Shown: positions 1 through 9,927 of the stretch, one piece after another
How the letters are laid out: each line of letters begins with the position of its first letter
Numbering within the stretch: position 1 is the first letter of the stretch
NCBI GenBank assembly: GCA_964650355.1
Contig: CAZYTL010000001.1
Coordinates: forward strand, 4,018-68,017
DNA: 64,000 nt
Reading direction: 5' to 3'
Source: an uncultured Gammaproteobacteria bacterium
GTDB lineage: Bacteria > Patescibacteriota > Microgenomatia > CAYXHB01 > CAZYTL01
Position numbers and translations under genes: made by a program
Notes under the pieces: model-generated
The model's input: only the letters and a program-made list of their open reading frames with translations
Database searches by the model: none
What the model was told of the DNA's origin: nothing

Positions 1-446
1 CAACTCTTTGGAATCGGCAAATCATGAGCATAAATGAAATTAATTATTTGTCCTTGGTGATGGGATTCATGCTCCACTAGAACCATATATTTCATCAATG
101 GGGTGGTACCATCTTCAAACTTCTGGAGTAAATCAGTTTCTTCGAGTACTTTCATTAAACTTTCATCTGCCTGCTTCATATGAGCAATGATCGTCTCCTT
201 AGTAACCTGCTTTTCCTCATCCAAACTGCACGCAAATCCTTTCCACTTACCCTCAGCAATAAAAGGAAGGTTACTCTCCTGGGTACCCACCATGCACCAA
301 AACTGATAACCCAGAGTTTGAGACTCAGGAAATGGCAGCTTTTTCTCTAAATCGCCTTCCTCAATCGCTTCAAGAAAATCATAGGTCATTCCGCGAAGTT
401 GTCGCCAATGATTTTTAAGTTCCTCTGGTAATGAACCTTTTGTCAT
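1..446 (-). CDS. DinB_2/YfiT-like metal-dependent protein, partial (runs off window start)
   Basis: Minus-strand ORF starts ATG at 446-444 (MTKGSLPEELK...) and is open to position 1. It contains an ...LVEHESHHQGQIINF... His-rich motif typical of the DinB_2 four-helix family. It is absent from the ORF track because it has no stop in the window. Confidence 0.45.
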   Translation of the reverse strand, partial: MTKGSLPEELKNHWRQLRGMTYDFLEAIEEGDLEKKLPFPESQTLGYQFWCMVGTQESNLPFIAEGKWKGFACSLDEEKQVTKETIIAHMKQADESLMKVLEETDLLQKFEDGTTPLMKYMVLVEHESHHQGQIINFIYAHDLPIPKS

Positions 447-518
447 CTCAACTTATTATACCCCAATCTTTCTAATTCCTTCCTTCAGGTAAATAAATTA
501 TCAAGATAATATCGTTGT

Positions 519-1052
519 TTAAGAATCTGCGGGAGGAGGCAATAACTCTCCGCTTTCTAACAAGTTAATCACTTCACTTGCATTTTCGCCTTCCACAAAA
601 TATCCCACAATATAATCCGCCCGATCAGGTTCTTCAGTTGAGGTCACTCTATATAGAAAAAATTCCGGCTGCTCCTCTAGTCCGTACATCATTAAATCTT
701 CTTCAAACAATATCGGTTCCTGAGGATGAGTTCTATAACAGGCAATCAACAGTTCAGGATGCTCTGGATTATCTCTTATCGGACCGATTCGCCATTCAGG
801 ATCTTGAGAGTTAATATCTACTCCTAATGCATCCAAAATTAGCCCTTCATACTTCTCATAACCAACATCAGTCATCTCTGTTGTTTCATCTACCAACCCC
901 GTATTCCAAGGATGAAGATCAATCAACCCTTCACCGACCGAAATCGCTGTCCTAAACAATATATTCTGTTTCATTTCTTCCAGCTGCTCCTTTTTCAACT
1001 CTACTTCAGGATCAACTAAATATCTTTCAGGGAGCTCTTCTAAACTACCCAT
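519..1052 (-). CDS. hypothetical acidic protein
   Basis: 177-aa ORF with no recognisable motif. The overlapping plus-strand ORF 578..814 is judged spurious. Confidence 0.4.
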   Translation of the reverse strand: MGSLEELPERYLVDPEVELKKEQLEEMKQNILFRTAISVGEGLIDLHPWNTGLVDETTEMTDVGYEKYEGLILDALGVDINSQDPEWRIGPIRDNPEHPELLIACYRTHPQEPILFEEDLMMYGLEEQPEFFLYRVTSTEEPDRADYIVGYFVEGENASEVINLLESGELLPPPADS

Positions 1053-1142
1053 AATATTAAAACTCTTTATACGATCTCATTTCCAGGTCTATCTTAACAT
1101 CTTCTCCACATTACCTATTCATTGGCCCTACTTTTTTCTTCA

Positions 1143-1874
1143 TCAAGAATATTTTTTTGCCTTTACACAATGCACCACTAGGAAGCTAGGCACATGCACT
1201 TCTCTGGAATAATTGGCTTTTTGTTTGGCGGTTTTTTCGTCCAGTTGGGGCTCAACCAGCTTTTTAATTTGACAACCCTGGTCAATCACAAAATTGATGT
1301 AGCTGCTCAAAGTCCTGTGGAATGAATAGCCAAAAGTCTGTTTTACACTATATTCTTTAAAATATTCTTTGATCTCCAGACAAGGATTTTTATCCCATTC
1401 GGTATCGGGAAAGAAACACGGATGAGAAATTGAAAAGATGAATGACCCGCCTGGCTTCAGAACCCGGATGCAATTTGCCATAGCGCTCTGATAATCAGGA
1501 ATATCCATGAACACCATGTTGGCCACCACCGCATCAAATTTTCCCCTTGATTTGTATCTGGATAAATCCGCTTTTATATAATTAATCCCCAACCGCTCTT
1601 TTTCCTCCTTATCTATTGCGTACTGGATGAAGTCACCGGCCGGTTCAAGCCCGGTGACCCTTGCACTCTTTTTAGCCAATAACCGCGATAAATATCCCTG
1701 CCCGCACCCAGCATCCAGGATTTTTTTGCCTTTTACATCTCCCAGCAGGGAAAATATTGCCGGATTAAGCAGATGTTGTCTGGCAAAGTCTCCGAAGTCG
1801 CCAAAATTATCCAAAAATTCCAGTGAAGCGGTTGACCATCCCTGAATATTCTGCTTGTTGGTAATTTTTGTCAT
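1143..1874 (-). CDS. class I SAM-dependent methyltransferase
   Basis: Motif I KILDAGCGQGYLS (GxGxG SAM-binding loop), an acidic residue after beta-2 (LEPAGD), and the post-motif FDAVVANMVF. Confidence 0.75.
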   Translation of the reverse strand: MTKITNKQNIQGWSTASLEFLDNFGDFGDFARQHLLNPAIFSLLGDVKGKKILDAGCGQGYLSRLLAKKSARVTGLEPAGDFIQYAIDKEEKERLGINYIKADLSRYKSRGKFDAVVANMVFMDIPDYQSAMANCIRVLKPGGSFIFSISHPCFFPDTEWDKNPCLEIKEYFKEYSVKQTFGYSFHRTLSSYINFVIDQGCQIKKLVEPQLDEKTAKQKANYSREVHVPSFLVVHCVKAKKYS

Positions 1875-1991
1875 CGTATGTAAATTCTTGGTAACTTTAT
1901 GGAGATGTCTGTCTCTAAGTATAGGGCGATTTCAATTCTAAACTCGAACTCCTAAGTTATAATTCCGTTAATGTTCTCTTTAATGCCTTCT

Positions 1992-2231
1992 TTAGCTCAC
2001 CTCTACCAAACCCGCTTTTAAGAAAACCTCCCGGGCTTTGGCATCTTCCTCATTTACAAAATAATCGTAATGTATAAGTTTTAAAGGCCTTCTATTTGCA
2101 GTTGATCTAACTTCACCTCTAGCATGTTGCGACAATCTATTGCGAAGATTTGTAGTAAAGCCGGTATAAAAACGTTTGTCTTTTAGACTTAGCAATGTAT
2201 AAACGTAATCGTGTTTACTTTGGAACGTCAC
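1992..2231 (-). CDS. GIY-YIG domain nuclease-family small protein
   Basis: YVYTLLS...FYTGFTTNLRNRLSQH matches the GIY...YIG core with a conserved Arg and His. 79 aa, stand-alone. Confidence 0.7.
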   Translation of the reverse strand: MTFQSKHDYVYTLLSLKDKRFYTGFTTNLRNRLSQHARGEVRSTANRRPLKLIHYDYFVNEEDAKAREVFLKAGLVEVS

Positions 2232-2256
2232 ACGTCTGTATTTGATATATATAAAT

Positions 2257-2281
2257 AAAAGCCAAGTCTGAGTTGGCTTTT
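2257..2281. terminator. bidirectional rho-independent terminator-like hairpin
   Basis: aaaagccaa-gtctgag-ttggcttt forms an 8-bp stem with a 7-nt loop, followed by T-runs on both strands (tttt on plus; ttttatttatatat on minus). Confidence 0.5.
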
Positions 2282-2660
2282 CGGGGGAAATCAGACTTCC
2301 CTGCGTCGCCTTCCTCCTGGAGGAGTCAGACTCCTTGAGCTGGGGACGGTACTCAGCTCGAACCTAAGATCTCTGGTTACGTCTGAACTCGAACTCCAGC
2401 TTCAAATTCTTAAAGAACATTTGAATATCAACTCGTTTGCTTCTTGTTAACACAGTTTTATTTTACTTCTAGGCTGATGTTTCCACAAGCTTATTACTGT
2501 CGATTAGTGTCAGTTGCTAACAAGTCAATTCTGATATATTGTATAATACTTATTACCTTAATTAAAGAGATTTCTTATTTGTAGGAATTGTTCGACCTGT
2601 CCCTCGAGGATTCTCATCTCGCAAAATAAATTAAGTAGAGTTATAGTTCAAGCAACCTAT

Positions 2661-2957
2661 ATGAGTAGAAAAAAGAAGCCACAATCGAAGATGACCGTTT
2701 TCGGGACCGCTCCGGTTAGTTCCAAGGGTCAGATTGTTATCCCAGCCAAACTAAGGAAAGCCCAAAATATTCAGGAAGGAGATACGTTGATATTTACAGG
2801 AAATCCTGAAGCTGGACACTTCCACGTTCTGAGTGCTAACTCATTTAAAGGTTTTACTGAAGATTTAAACAATCTTATTTTCAATGGAAATAAAACCTTA
2901 TCTGGACAATCTAAGAACAAAGAAGCCGATTCATCTAAACAAAAATCTAAAAGCTAA
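2661..2957 (+). CDS. AbrB/MazE/SpoVT-family DNA-binding protein
   Basis: SKGQIVIPAKLRKAQNIQEGDTL is the swapped-hairpin AbrB-type motif. The true start may be the internal ATG at 2691 (MTVFG...). An extended -10 (tgtataat, about 2546-2553) lies upstream. Confidence 0.6.
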   Translation: MSRKKKPQSKMTVFGTAPVSSKGQIVIPAKLRKAQNIQEGDTLIFTGNPEAGHFHVLSANSFKGFTEDLNNLIFNGNKTLSGQSKNKEADSSKQKSKS

Positions 2958-3179
2958 GTCGATTAAAATCGTGGCTATTGCAACTGCTACACTTACCTTC
3001 ACGGCAATTGTATTTACCTTTATTTTCAATTCACTAACATCATCTTGAAGCTGGTGTAGGTGATTGTCTTTTATCTCTTTTAACTCTTTTCCAATAAACT
3101 TAAAGCCACCATCAACTCGTTCTTCGAGTTTGGCGACTCTTTCGTGTATCTCAACAGTATTTAGGTTATTGTCTGACAT
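2931..3179 (-). CDS. XhlA-like lysis-associated membrane protein
   Basis: 82 aa with an N-terminal coiled-coil (ERVAKLEERV..., ...QLQDDVSELKIKV) and a single C-terminal transmembrane helix (VAVAIATILIDLAF). Terminal gene of the lysis cassette. Confidence 0.5.
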   Translation of the reverse strand: MSDNNLNTVEIHERVAKLEERVDGGFKFIGKELKEIKDNHLHQLQDDVSELKIKVNTIAVKVSVAVAIATILIDLAFRFLFR

Positions 3180-3182
3180 ATT

Positions 3183-3446
3183 TTAGAATGGGAGTTTATC
3201 AATAACACTGTCTTTATCTTCTGATCCAAAGGTATCACGTAGTAATTTCCCTACAGCGTTAATCCCTGCAATTCCGCCGGACAACAAAAACGGCAACACT
3301 AACGTATTGAGAAATCTATCCCAACTTGTAAGTGATTCTAGTTGAGCATTTACTAGTACCAGAGAGCCTGTAAAAAGGAATGCTGAAAGAAATATGCGAC
3401 CAAATCGCCATAAGACTTTTTTCCATTCAGGGTATTCAATGTTCAT
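3183..3446 (-). CDS. holin (two transmembrane helices)
   Basis: Two hydrophobic helices (IFLSAFLFTGSLVLV; LVLPFLLSGGIAGINAV) and a charged C-terminus. The start is probably the ATG at 3446 (MNIEY...), which abuts the stop of the peptidase gene. Confidence 0.55.
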   Translation of the reverse strand: MNIEYPEWKKVLWRFGRIFLSAFLFTGSLVLVNAQLESLTSWDRFLNTLVLPFLLSGGIAGINAVGKLLRDTFGSEDKDSVIDKLPF

Positions 3447-3447
3447 A

Positions 3448-4518
3448 TTAATCACCTCCCTTTCTTTGTAATAAGGTTCCAAAATATTGAATTGCTAGTG
3501 AGAAAATTATTTGAGGTGTGGGTTGAAGTGGGAGTTTATCTTTTTGGCAGGTTTCAAACTTACCTTTATATTCTTGAGCTTCGATCAGCGCTCGCCCCTT
3601 AGCTTTGTTTGCTTCATCTAGTTCGCCTTCCAATACCCCTATGCGAGCCTGTGCCAAGGGTAGTGCATCCGAGCCGTTTTTGAGTTGTTTATTTAGAGCG
3701 TCAATTAGGGATTTATAGTACTTTTCTTTATCTAGCAGTGACTTTTCTAACCTGCTCACTTGTTCAACCCTGTTATCAATTTCAGTGTTGGCTTTGTCTA
3801 CTTCAGTCTGTTTGTCATTTAGCTTGTTAGATAGGTCAGTTTCACGACTTTTATACCCTCCGATAACACTCTTAATTCTATCAGTGGGGGTAGTGTTGGG
3901 GTCATCATTTATCTCAAGTATCTTGAGTGCTTCAGGCCACTTTGTAGCAGAAGCAACAATCTGTTCATATTTGGTACGCCACTCTGGTGTATTGGGAACC
4001 AAACAACTATCTGGGACTGAATTCTCTCCGTTTTCTTTTTTATATTTCCTAAGTTCATCGAAGAATTCTTGAGGATTGATAGCGCCAAAGTAGCCGTTGT
4101 TATAGTTATCGCTTACAAACTTGCCACTTTGTAACTGTCCTCGTTTAACAGTGAGATGAAGGTGGCTCCCTGTGCTATTTCCAGTATTATCGCTAATAGC
4201 CATCGTGTCACCTTCGTTTTTAGTCTCAAAGTGCTCGATGGATTTACAGTGACCATAAGTCAGCTTGTATGTGTTATAAAGCTGGACAATCACTTCAAAA
4301 TATAAACCAAAGCCATCATTGCCTTCATTTCCTTGAGAGTAGAACTGAGACTTCCAGGAAGAGAAAATATATCTGAATCCTTGTGGGGTATCTGGAAACT
4401 TAGTTTTGAAATCCCAGCCGTTATGTCCTTTAAGACCAAAGCGAGCATAGGATTCAGGATTACCACCAAATCCTTGTGTAAGTTCAAATGGTTCTATTGG
4501 TCGAATTATGTCAGACAT
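3448..4518 (-). CDS. endolysin, M23/LytM-family peptidase with C-terminal coiled-coil region
   Basis: HxxxD (KGHNGWDF) and HxH (GSHLHLTV) zinc motifs of M23 peptidases. The position directly upstream of the holin supports an endolysin role. Confidence 0.7.
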   Translation of the reverse strand: MSDIIRPIEPFELTQGFGGNPESYARFGLKGHNGWDFKTKFPDTPQGFRYIFSSWKSQFYSQGNEGNDGFGLYFEVIVQLYNTYKLTYGHCKSIEHFETKNEGDTMAISDNTGNSTGSHLHLTVKRGQLQSGKFVSDNYNNGYFGAINPQEFFDELRKYKKENGENSVPDSCLVPNTPEWRTKYEQIVASATKWPEALKILEINDDPNTTPTDRIKSVIGGYKSRETDLSNKLNDKQTEVDKANTEIDNRVEQVSRLEKSLLDKEKYYKSLIDALNKQLKNGSDALPLAQARIGVLEGELDEANKAKGRALIEAQEYKGKFETCQKDKLPLQPTPQIIFSLAIQYFGTLLQRKGGD

Positions 4519-4521
4519 AGG

Positions 4522-7500
4522 TTATCGGTAAATCAAACTCTTAATACTTTGATTGTCGGTGGAACCACCCCCTTGTTTCAATGGAATAAGTGTTGATTCC
4601 TGTCCATTAGTATCACTATCTTGAGGAACCCCACCGGGAAGAGTTGTTTTCAATAGTCGTTGTAAGTCAGTAGCACTAAATGTGATACTGCTTTGGAATA
4701 GTGCAGCTTCCTTGGGATCGTCATTCATTAAGATAGGAACTATCTGTGGAATTAATTTTTCTGCTTCTTCATTCCACTGAAGAGCCATTTGTTGGGCACC
4801 TTGAAGATCGCCTTCTTCTATAAGTTTCTTCATTTGAAGACGAGTAGTGTTGTAGCCGACCTCAGCGTCATACTTAATATCCCAAGCAATACGCTGTCTT
4901 TCGCCACCGTGAGTTCTATAAAACCGATCCATTGTTAGCCCCAGAACATCTGCAGGACTTAATAATTCGCGCGCCAGGCTTCCTGTAAGCCCGTAAACGG
5001 CGTGAGTAAGCTTCATTGGGCTTACTCCTAGTGCTCTTCCGATAGTAATCGCTAAATCAGGCGTACGGCTGTCGTATTGTTCTGAAGGGGCTACTTTTTC
5101 CAATCGCCTTGGAACCACTGGAAACCCTGTAAAGAAATTCGTATTAGTGGCTATTTCAAGAGGTGTGCGAATAATTGGCGGAAGAGCTCCTGAGAAGAAA
5201 GCCTGGGAAGACAATTCACCGTCACGGGTGAAAGGCACAGGAGCCAACTGGCTCATCCACTCCAACCCAAGTTTAAATAGATTCTGAGGTTCCTGCTTTC
5301 TTATATATTCAAAAGAGTACATCAATGGATTGAAGAAAATCGTACCTATGTCACCTTTGGGAATCTGAACAACTTTAGGAACTCGATTACCTTCCTCGTC
5401 CCGATCCTCACCAACAATCACAATAAAATAGGTATCTTTAGCCCATTGAGGAATATCATCCCAGAGTTCTTCGTGGTTCATGACATTATAAAAATAGGTT
5501 GCCACACCAGGAAGGACGGTCATCGCCAATGCTCGAGCTGCCGTTCGAATAGGATTATCCTTCATAACCCGTCCAACATTAAGTAGCCCCTGCCATCGGG
5601 CATTCACAAATGGGACCCACATATTAATCAGCCGAGCCTCTACACCAGCTTTCGCAAAGTCAACGGTAACATTGCGTGCCTCAAAAGCTGCTTCAAGCGG
5701 AGAAGCTCCTTTGTTCATTGCTTTTTTGTAAATTCCCAATCGAGGAGCAAGCTCAATTGATTCAGAAAAGTTAGCTATTAACTCAAAGGGGTTAATTACT
5801 GCTTTAGTTCTTTCCATCCATTTTGGTCTAAACAATTGGTCAGAAGCCACAGCAAGACCTTTAGTAGATTCGATGTAGCTACCATAACCACCCTGATTCC
5901 TCATGAAGTCGTCATATGCTTGAGATTCCCACTTAAAGGCAGCTTTCAAGCCGTCTTTAAACCCCGATAGCCAAACCGCAGGATTAAACCCATATTTGGA
6001 GACCATTGTTGCTGTTTGGTAATCCCGAACTGCGTTCGAGAGAGTAAAGGGGAAATAAAGCGTAGTTGTTCCTGCTTTGAATGCTTTGGAAGATGTCATC
6101 ACCAACTTGCCCATCAAGCCCGCAGATGCAGGAGTCATGGTGTGCATCGATTCTGAAATATCTTTAGGAATTGCCCAGCGAGTAACTTTTCCTTTTATAA
6201 ATACGCTAATGGATTCCCAACCCTGGGGTGGATTCTCATCTTTGGGAAGAAACTTAATTAAATCTTTAGTGGCATCAGGGTGAGATTGCCTAAGACTGAC
6301 CAACTTCATAGCTACTTTGTTTCTCTCAACCAAACTAACGGCCTTAGTTAAATTATCAATAATGGAGACAAACGGATCACGGATTATTTTGTCAGTGCCT
6401 TCCAGGGCGCTCACGACACCCTGTTTGCTTACAGAAAATGTTTCCGAACCAATCACCATCTTGTCAGCTTCTTCTAGAGTGGGAATAAACTCCAGAACAT
6501 GGAACGGTAACCAGTTTTTATTCTTTTCTACAACAGCATTGAAGGCTCTATTGCTAAGTATTCCTGCATCCCTCATAGGCTCAAGAATTGCTTTGACTGC
6601 CCAATTCTGTACACTATTTCCAACCTGTTCGAGCGTTCTAAATGATTTTTGTCCTACCTTATTTTTTAACTCCTCAAGTGCTTTTTCAGCAGTATCCTGA
6701 CCAACTCCGAGTGGATTTTCTATACCCCGCGCAGCCCTTTCAGAAGTTCGTTGTGCCAGCAGATATCTAGTAAAATCTGCTCGCATTTTGCGAACTGGTT
6801 GAAGAGCTTTATAAAGGTCTTTGAAATTTCCCTCAACAATTCCAAATCTTCCCGCATACATCCTTGCTCCAACGTAGGCACTGGAATCAATATCTATGGA
6901 TTTTCCTTCAAGCTTGCTGACTTTATCTTCAAACTCTTTAATCGGTGCAAAACGATCAGTGAATAATCTGGGGAAAACTTGTATGGCTTTTTTAACCTTA
7001 TCTAGTAGATTTTGAGTTGTGGAGAGTTTGCCCACCATTGCATCAATTTTTCTAAGGGCGCTGTCCTCTGGTGGTAGATCATCTGAGTCAATTGAAGTTT
7101 CCTGTGGTGGTCGTGGTGGGCTCCCTGCAGGTGGTTCTTTTAGCTCATCTGCTCTTGGACTCTCAGGTGCAATTACGCTTCCATCCTGTCGCTCTTTAAA
7201 TACAGGTGAATTTTGAACTTCACTTGGATCTTTGGCCTGCTCGGCTTGTCGTAACTCAATTTCTTCAGGCTTAGTATATTTTTCTCTGACCTCTGCTGCT
7301 TTAACCGCAACTTTTTCTTCTTTGGAGAGTTTCTCCATGAGACCTGACACTTCAGGATCTTTGGCTGTATTTGGTAATTCATTTGTAGAAGGTATTTGCT
7401 CTCTGAAGGCTTTATCGTATCCGCGCCTAAATGTTTCTAGAGCACCATCTTCATCTGAATATACGTTGAGTACTTTTACGTCTTTAGGGTTGAGAGCTAC

Positions 7501-9924
7501 TAGTAAGTCTGCTTCTCCGGCAGCTTTCAGAACAACTGAGTCATATCCAGCTTTTCTAAGTGCCTTATCAACAAGCAATCTTGCAGATTTATTCTTTAAG
7601 TAGGTGTTTATGCTTTCATCGACGTTTGTTTTTTCTAAGACTTTATGAATAAACTCTCCCCAATTATTTGAACCAAAACCCATGAACTTTTCAGGTACCT
7701 CAATAACAAATGGTTTTTTGGGTGTGAACTCTGTCTCAACAATTGCTAAGTTTGCCCCCATTCCAGTCGGATCGGCACGTTTCCCATAGAAAAGTGCTCC
7801 TGACATGGCACCCTTATTCCCAGGTTGTAAATAAACGCCCTCACCATATTTTCTGCCTCCAGAAGCACTAAATGTTTCGGCATCTGGAACTTTGAATCCT
7901 GTCTTTTGAATAATGTCTGCGATTGCTCTGGTAGTACCGTGATAAGAGATTACTGGCTTATTTGGCAATATCTTTCCAGCTTGTTTAGCCAAGGCAAGGC
8001 CATGCTCATAACCTTCTTGAATGACTTGTTTACCTGCCTCCACACTTTCGTATTTATCCTTTATCCATTGAGGTATCTTTTCAAAAACATCATCAACAAT
8101 TGATTTTATAGAAGTACCTTGGTCAGATTTCTCCAACTCGAATTCAAACTTTTCAGGATTTAATACAACAGCTTCACCACTCGTTTCCAAGATAACGTCA
8201 TAGCCTTCTTGCTTTAACTGTTTTGCTACTTCAGTGGCTTCTTTAACGTTTTTGGTTTTACCCATTGTGTTGAGCCATTTTTCAGAATCGTCTCGAAGAA
8301 CGGATATTGTGGCATCTTTTTTAGGAGTAAGTTTTACAATTTGGTCACCATATGTTCCTGCAAAGTGGTCACTGCCTGATCCTTTTTCTGTACTGGCAAA
8401 TAAGGCATATGGAGCTTCATGTCCCTCCTTTACACTCTTTGATGGGTTAAAAGTCTGGCTTTTTACCAGAGATTTAGCATCTTCTGCGCTTGTGCCGTGG
8501 TAAAGGACCGTATTTTTATCTAGAATTTTTGCTGGAGGCCTTGAGGGAGTTACTTGTATCTTATTTTCCATCGCAACCGTCACTAGGTCAGCATCCGTTA
8601 GTTCAGCAACTTGCCCCAATCTGGTTTTAGCATTTTTACCACCAAGCGCAGTTACAATTTCGCTTCTTTGGTCATCATTCAAGGTTGCTCTAATTGATAA
8701 CCCTGCAGGCATATTTCTGACCGCGCGCACTACAATCGCTCGCTTATTTGGAACATCTCTCCAGAGCTGATAGTAAAGATCTTGGAACTCTTGCCTGAAT
8801 GTTTTACCTGTATATCCGGTAGGATTACTCACTTTCGATAAAAATTCATATGCCCTGTTAGCGGTATTCCATGCTTGATTGAATTGACCCATTTCTTGTG
8901 GTGTTTGTTTGGCTTGTGCAGGAAATTGATTTGTAATATCAACAACTTTATTTTTCCAAGCTTGTTTGATTTCCTGGGCTGTTGCTTTTTCGTTAACTCC
9001 CAAGTATTCCAGTGCCTGTTTCTTAGTTATTTTCAATTGTTCGCTCGCAGCTTTTTCTATCTGACTTTCCACAGCGGACTTGTTTGGAAGATATTTTGCG
9101 ACAGCAAAGTTAAGTGAGTGCAGCCCTATCATTGCTGCTGTATTTTTGAGAGCATCTTCGTTTGAGTCACCCTTTATCAAGGAGGTTACATAAGTTGCGG
9201 GGCCAATAATCGCAGAAGATTTAACAAATGATGGTTTCATCCCTGCGATAGAGAAGGCACCACCTAAGGCAAAATCACTAACAATGTCTTTAGCTCGCTG
9301 TTGGGCTGTCTTACTTGCTTCTTCTTTTTGTAACTGCGTAAGTCCAGCGAATGTTAGGCCGTTGGAAAGAACGCTGTATGTTTTCGGAGCAACAGTGGCC
9401 ACCTTGCTCATGAGGGGAACTCCTCTTAGTGCCCCTTGTACTAATTCGCCGCCAACAAGAAATGTTCCTATCGTTCCTAAAACCTCGAATTCAACCTCAG
9501 TCATCTTCCCAGCCATTTCTTCCACATCATTGGCATATTTGATTTCGGGATCCCACCAGCCAAAGGTCAAAGCCTGAGCTAGACCATCTCCGGCACCTTT
9601 GAGAGCTCCAATTGTAGCTTTGGGTAAACGTTCCAATACATCGGTATCACGATCTCCAAGCCCAAGCGTCTGTGCTGTTGCTTCTACGTATATATTCTTG
9701 AATGGCTTATATGATCCACTCGTTGGACCAGAAATGGAGAATTCACTTTGTTCTGGCTTTAATTTCTCTAAAGGTTTGAGAATGTCATCAATCTTTTGAG
9801 TGCCGATTTTTGCTACATTACCAACAGTTTGTTTAGATTTACCAAATAAATCACCAACCGTCTGCTCAGTAGACTGAATAGATGAGGTAATGTTCTTTTT
9901 TAGATTAGTTAAAAAATTGTCCAT
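4522..9924 (-). CDS. giant 1800-aa virion protein (internal/ejection-type polyvalent protein), function unknown
   Basis: Single uninterrupted 5.4-kb ORF placed between the fibre genes and the lysis cassette. It contains two tandem ~170-aa modules, each with a YHGT(S/T) motif and ending in AVVLNPEK / LLVALNPKD. There is a Pro/Glu-rich linker (PPAGSPPRPPQETS). Confidence 0.6.
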   Translation of the reverse strand: MDNFLTNLKKNITSSIQSTEQTVGDLFGKSKQTVGNVAKIGTQKIDDILKPLEKLKPEQSEFSISGPTSGSYKPFKNIYVEATAQTLGLGDRDTDVLERLPKATIGALKGAGDGLAQALTFGWWDPEIKYANDVEEMAGKMTEVEFEVLGTIGTFLVGGELVQGALRGVPLMSKVATVAPKTYSVLSNGLTFAGLTQLQKEEASKTAQQRAKDIVSDFALGGAFSIAGMKPSFVKSSAIIGPATYVTSLIKGDSNEDALKNTAAMIGLHSLNFAVAKYLPNKSAVESQIEKAASEQLKITKKQALEYLGVNEKATAQEIKQAWKNKVVDITNQFPAQAKQTPQEMGQFNQAWNTANRAYEFLSKVSNPTGYTGKTFRQEFQDLYYQLWRDVPNKRAIVVRAVRNMPAGLSIRATLNDDQRSEIVTALGGKNAKTRLGQVAELTDADLVTVAMENKIQVTPSRPPAKILDKNTVLYHGTSAEDAKSLVKSQTFNPSKSVKEGHEAPYALFASTEKGSGSDHFAGTYGDQIVKLTPKKDATISVLRDDSEKWLNTMGKTKNVKEATEVAKQLKQEGYDVILETSGEAVVLNPEKFEFELEKSDQGTSIKSIVDDVFEKIPQWIKDKYESVEAGKQVIQEGYEHGLALAKQAGKILPNKPVISYHGTTRAIADIIQKTGFKVPDAETFSASGGRKYGEGVYLQPGNKGAMSGALFYGKRADPTGMGANLAIVETEFTPKKPFVIEVPEKFMGFGSNNWGEFIHKVLEKTNVDESINTYLKNKSARLLVDKALRKAGYDSVVLKAAGEADLLVALNPKDVKVLNVYSDEDGALETFRRGYDKAFREQIPSTNELPNTAKDPEVSGLMEKLSKEEKVAVKAAEVREKYTKPEEIELRQAEQAKDPSEVQNSPVFKERQDGSVIAPESPRADELKEPPAGSPPRPPQETSIDSDDLPPEDSALRKIDAMVGKLSTTQNLLDKVKKAIQVFPRLFTDRFAPIKEFEDKVSKLEGKSIDIDSSAYVGARMYAGRFGIVEGNFKDLYKALQPVRKMRADFTRYLLAQRTSERAARGIENPLGVGQDTAEKALEELKNKVGQKSFRTLEQVGNSVQNWAVKAILEPMRDAGILSNRAFNAVVEKNKNWLPFHVLEFIPTLEEADKMVIGSETFSVSKQGVVSALEGTDKIIRDPFVSIIDNLTKAVSLVERNKVAMKLVSLRQSHPDATKDLIKFLPKDENPPQGWESISVFIKGKVTRWAIPKDISESMHTMTPASAGLMGKLVMTSSKAFKAGTTTLYFPFTLSNAVRDYQTATMVSKYGFNPAVWLSGFKDGLKAAFKWESQAYDDFMRNQGGYGSYIESTKGLAVASDQLFRPKWMERTKAVINPFELIANFSESIELAPRLGIYKKAMNKGASPLEAAFEARNVTVDFAKAGVEARLINMWVPFVNARWQGLLNVGRVMKDNPIRTAARALAMTVLPGVATYFYNVMNHEELWDDIPQWAKDTYFIVIVGEDRDEEGNRVPKVVQIPKGDIGTIFFNPLMYSFEYIRKQEPQNLFKLGLEWMSQLAPVPFTRDGELSSQAFFSGALPPIIRTPLEIATNTNFFTGFPVVPRRLEKVAPSEQYDSRTPDLAITIGRALGVSPMKLTHAVYGLTGSLARELLSPADVLGLTMDRFYRTHGGERQRIAWDIKYDAEVGYNTTRLQMKKLIEEGDLQGAQQMALQWNEEAEKLIPQIVPILMNDDPKEAALFQSSITFSATDLQRLLKTTLPGGVPQDSDTNGQESTLIPLKQGGGSTDNQSIKSLIYR

Positions 9925-9927
9925 AAT

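Noticed and set aside
578-814. 78-aa plus-strand ORF
   Set aside because: It lies entirely inside minus-strand ORF 519..1052 and has no independent signals.
2282-2400. tRNA gene as prophage attachment site
   Set aside because: Both strands were tested for a cloverleaf. Two GGTTCGAG-like segments exist, but neither can be paired into a T-arm with a matching acceptor stem. The best 7-bp acceptor pairing gives only a 62-nt molecule. The element is retained only as an unassigned structured region.
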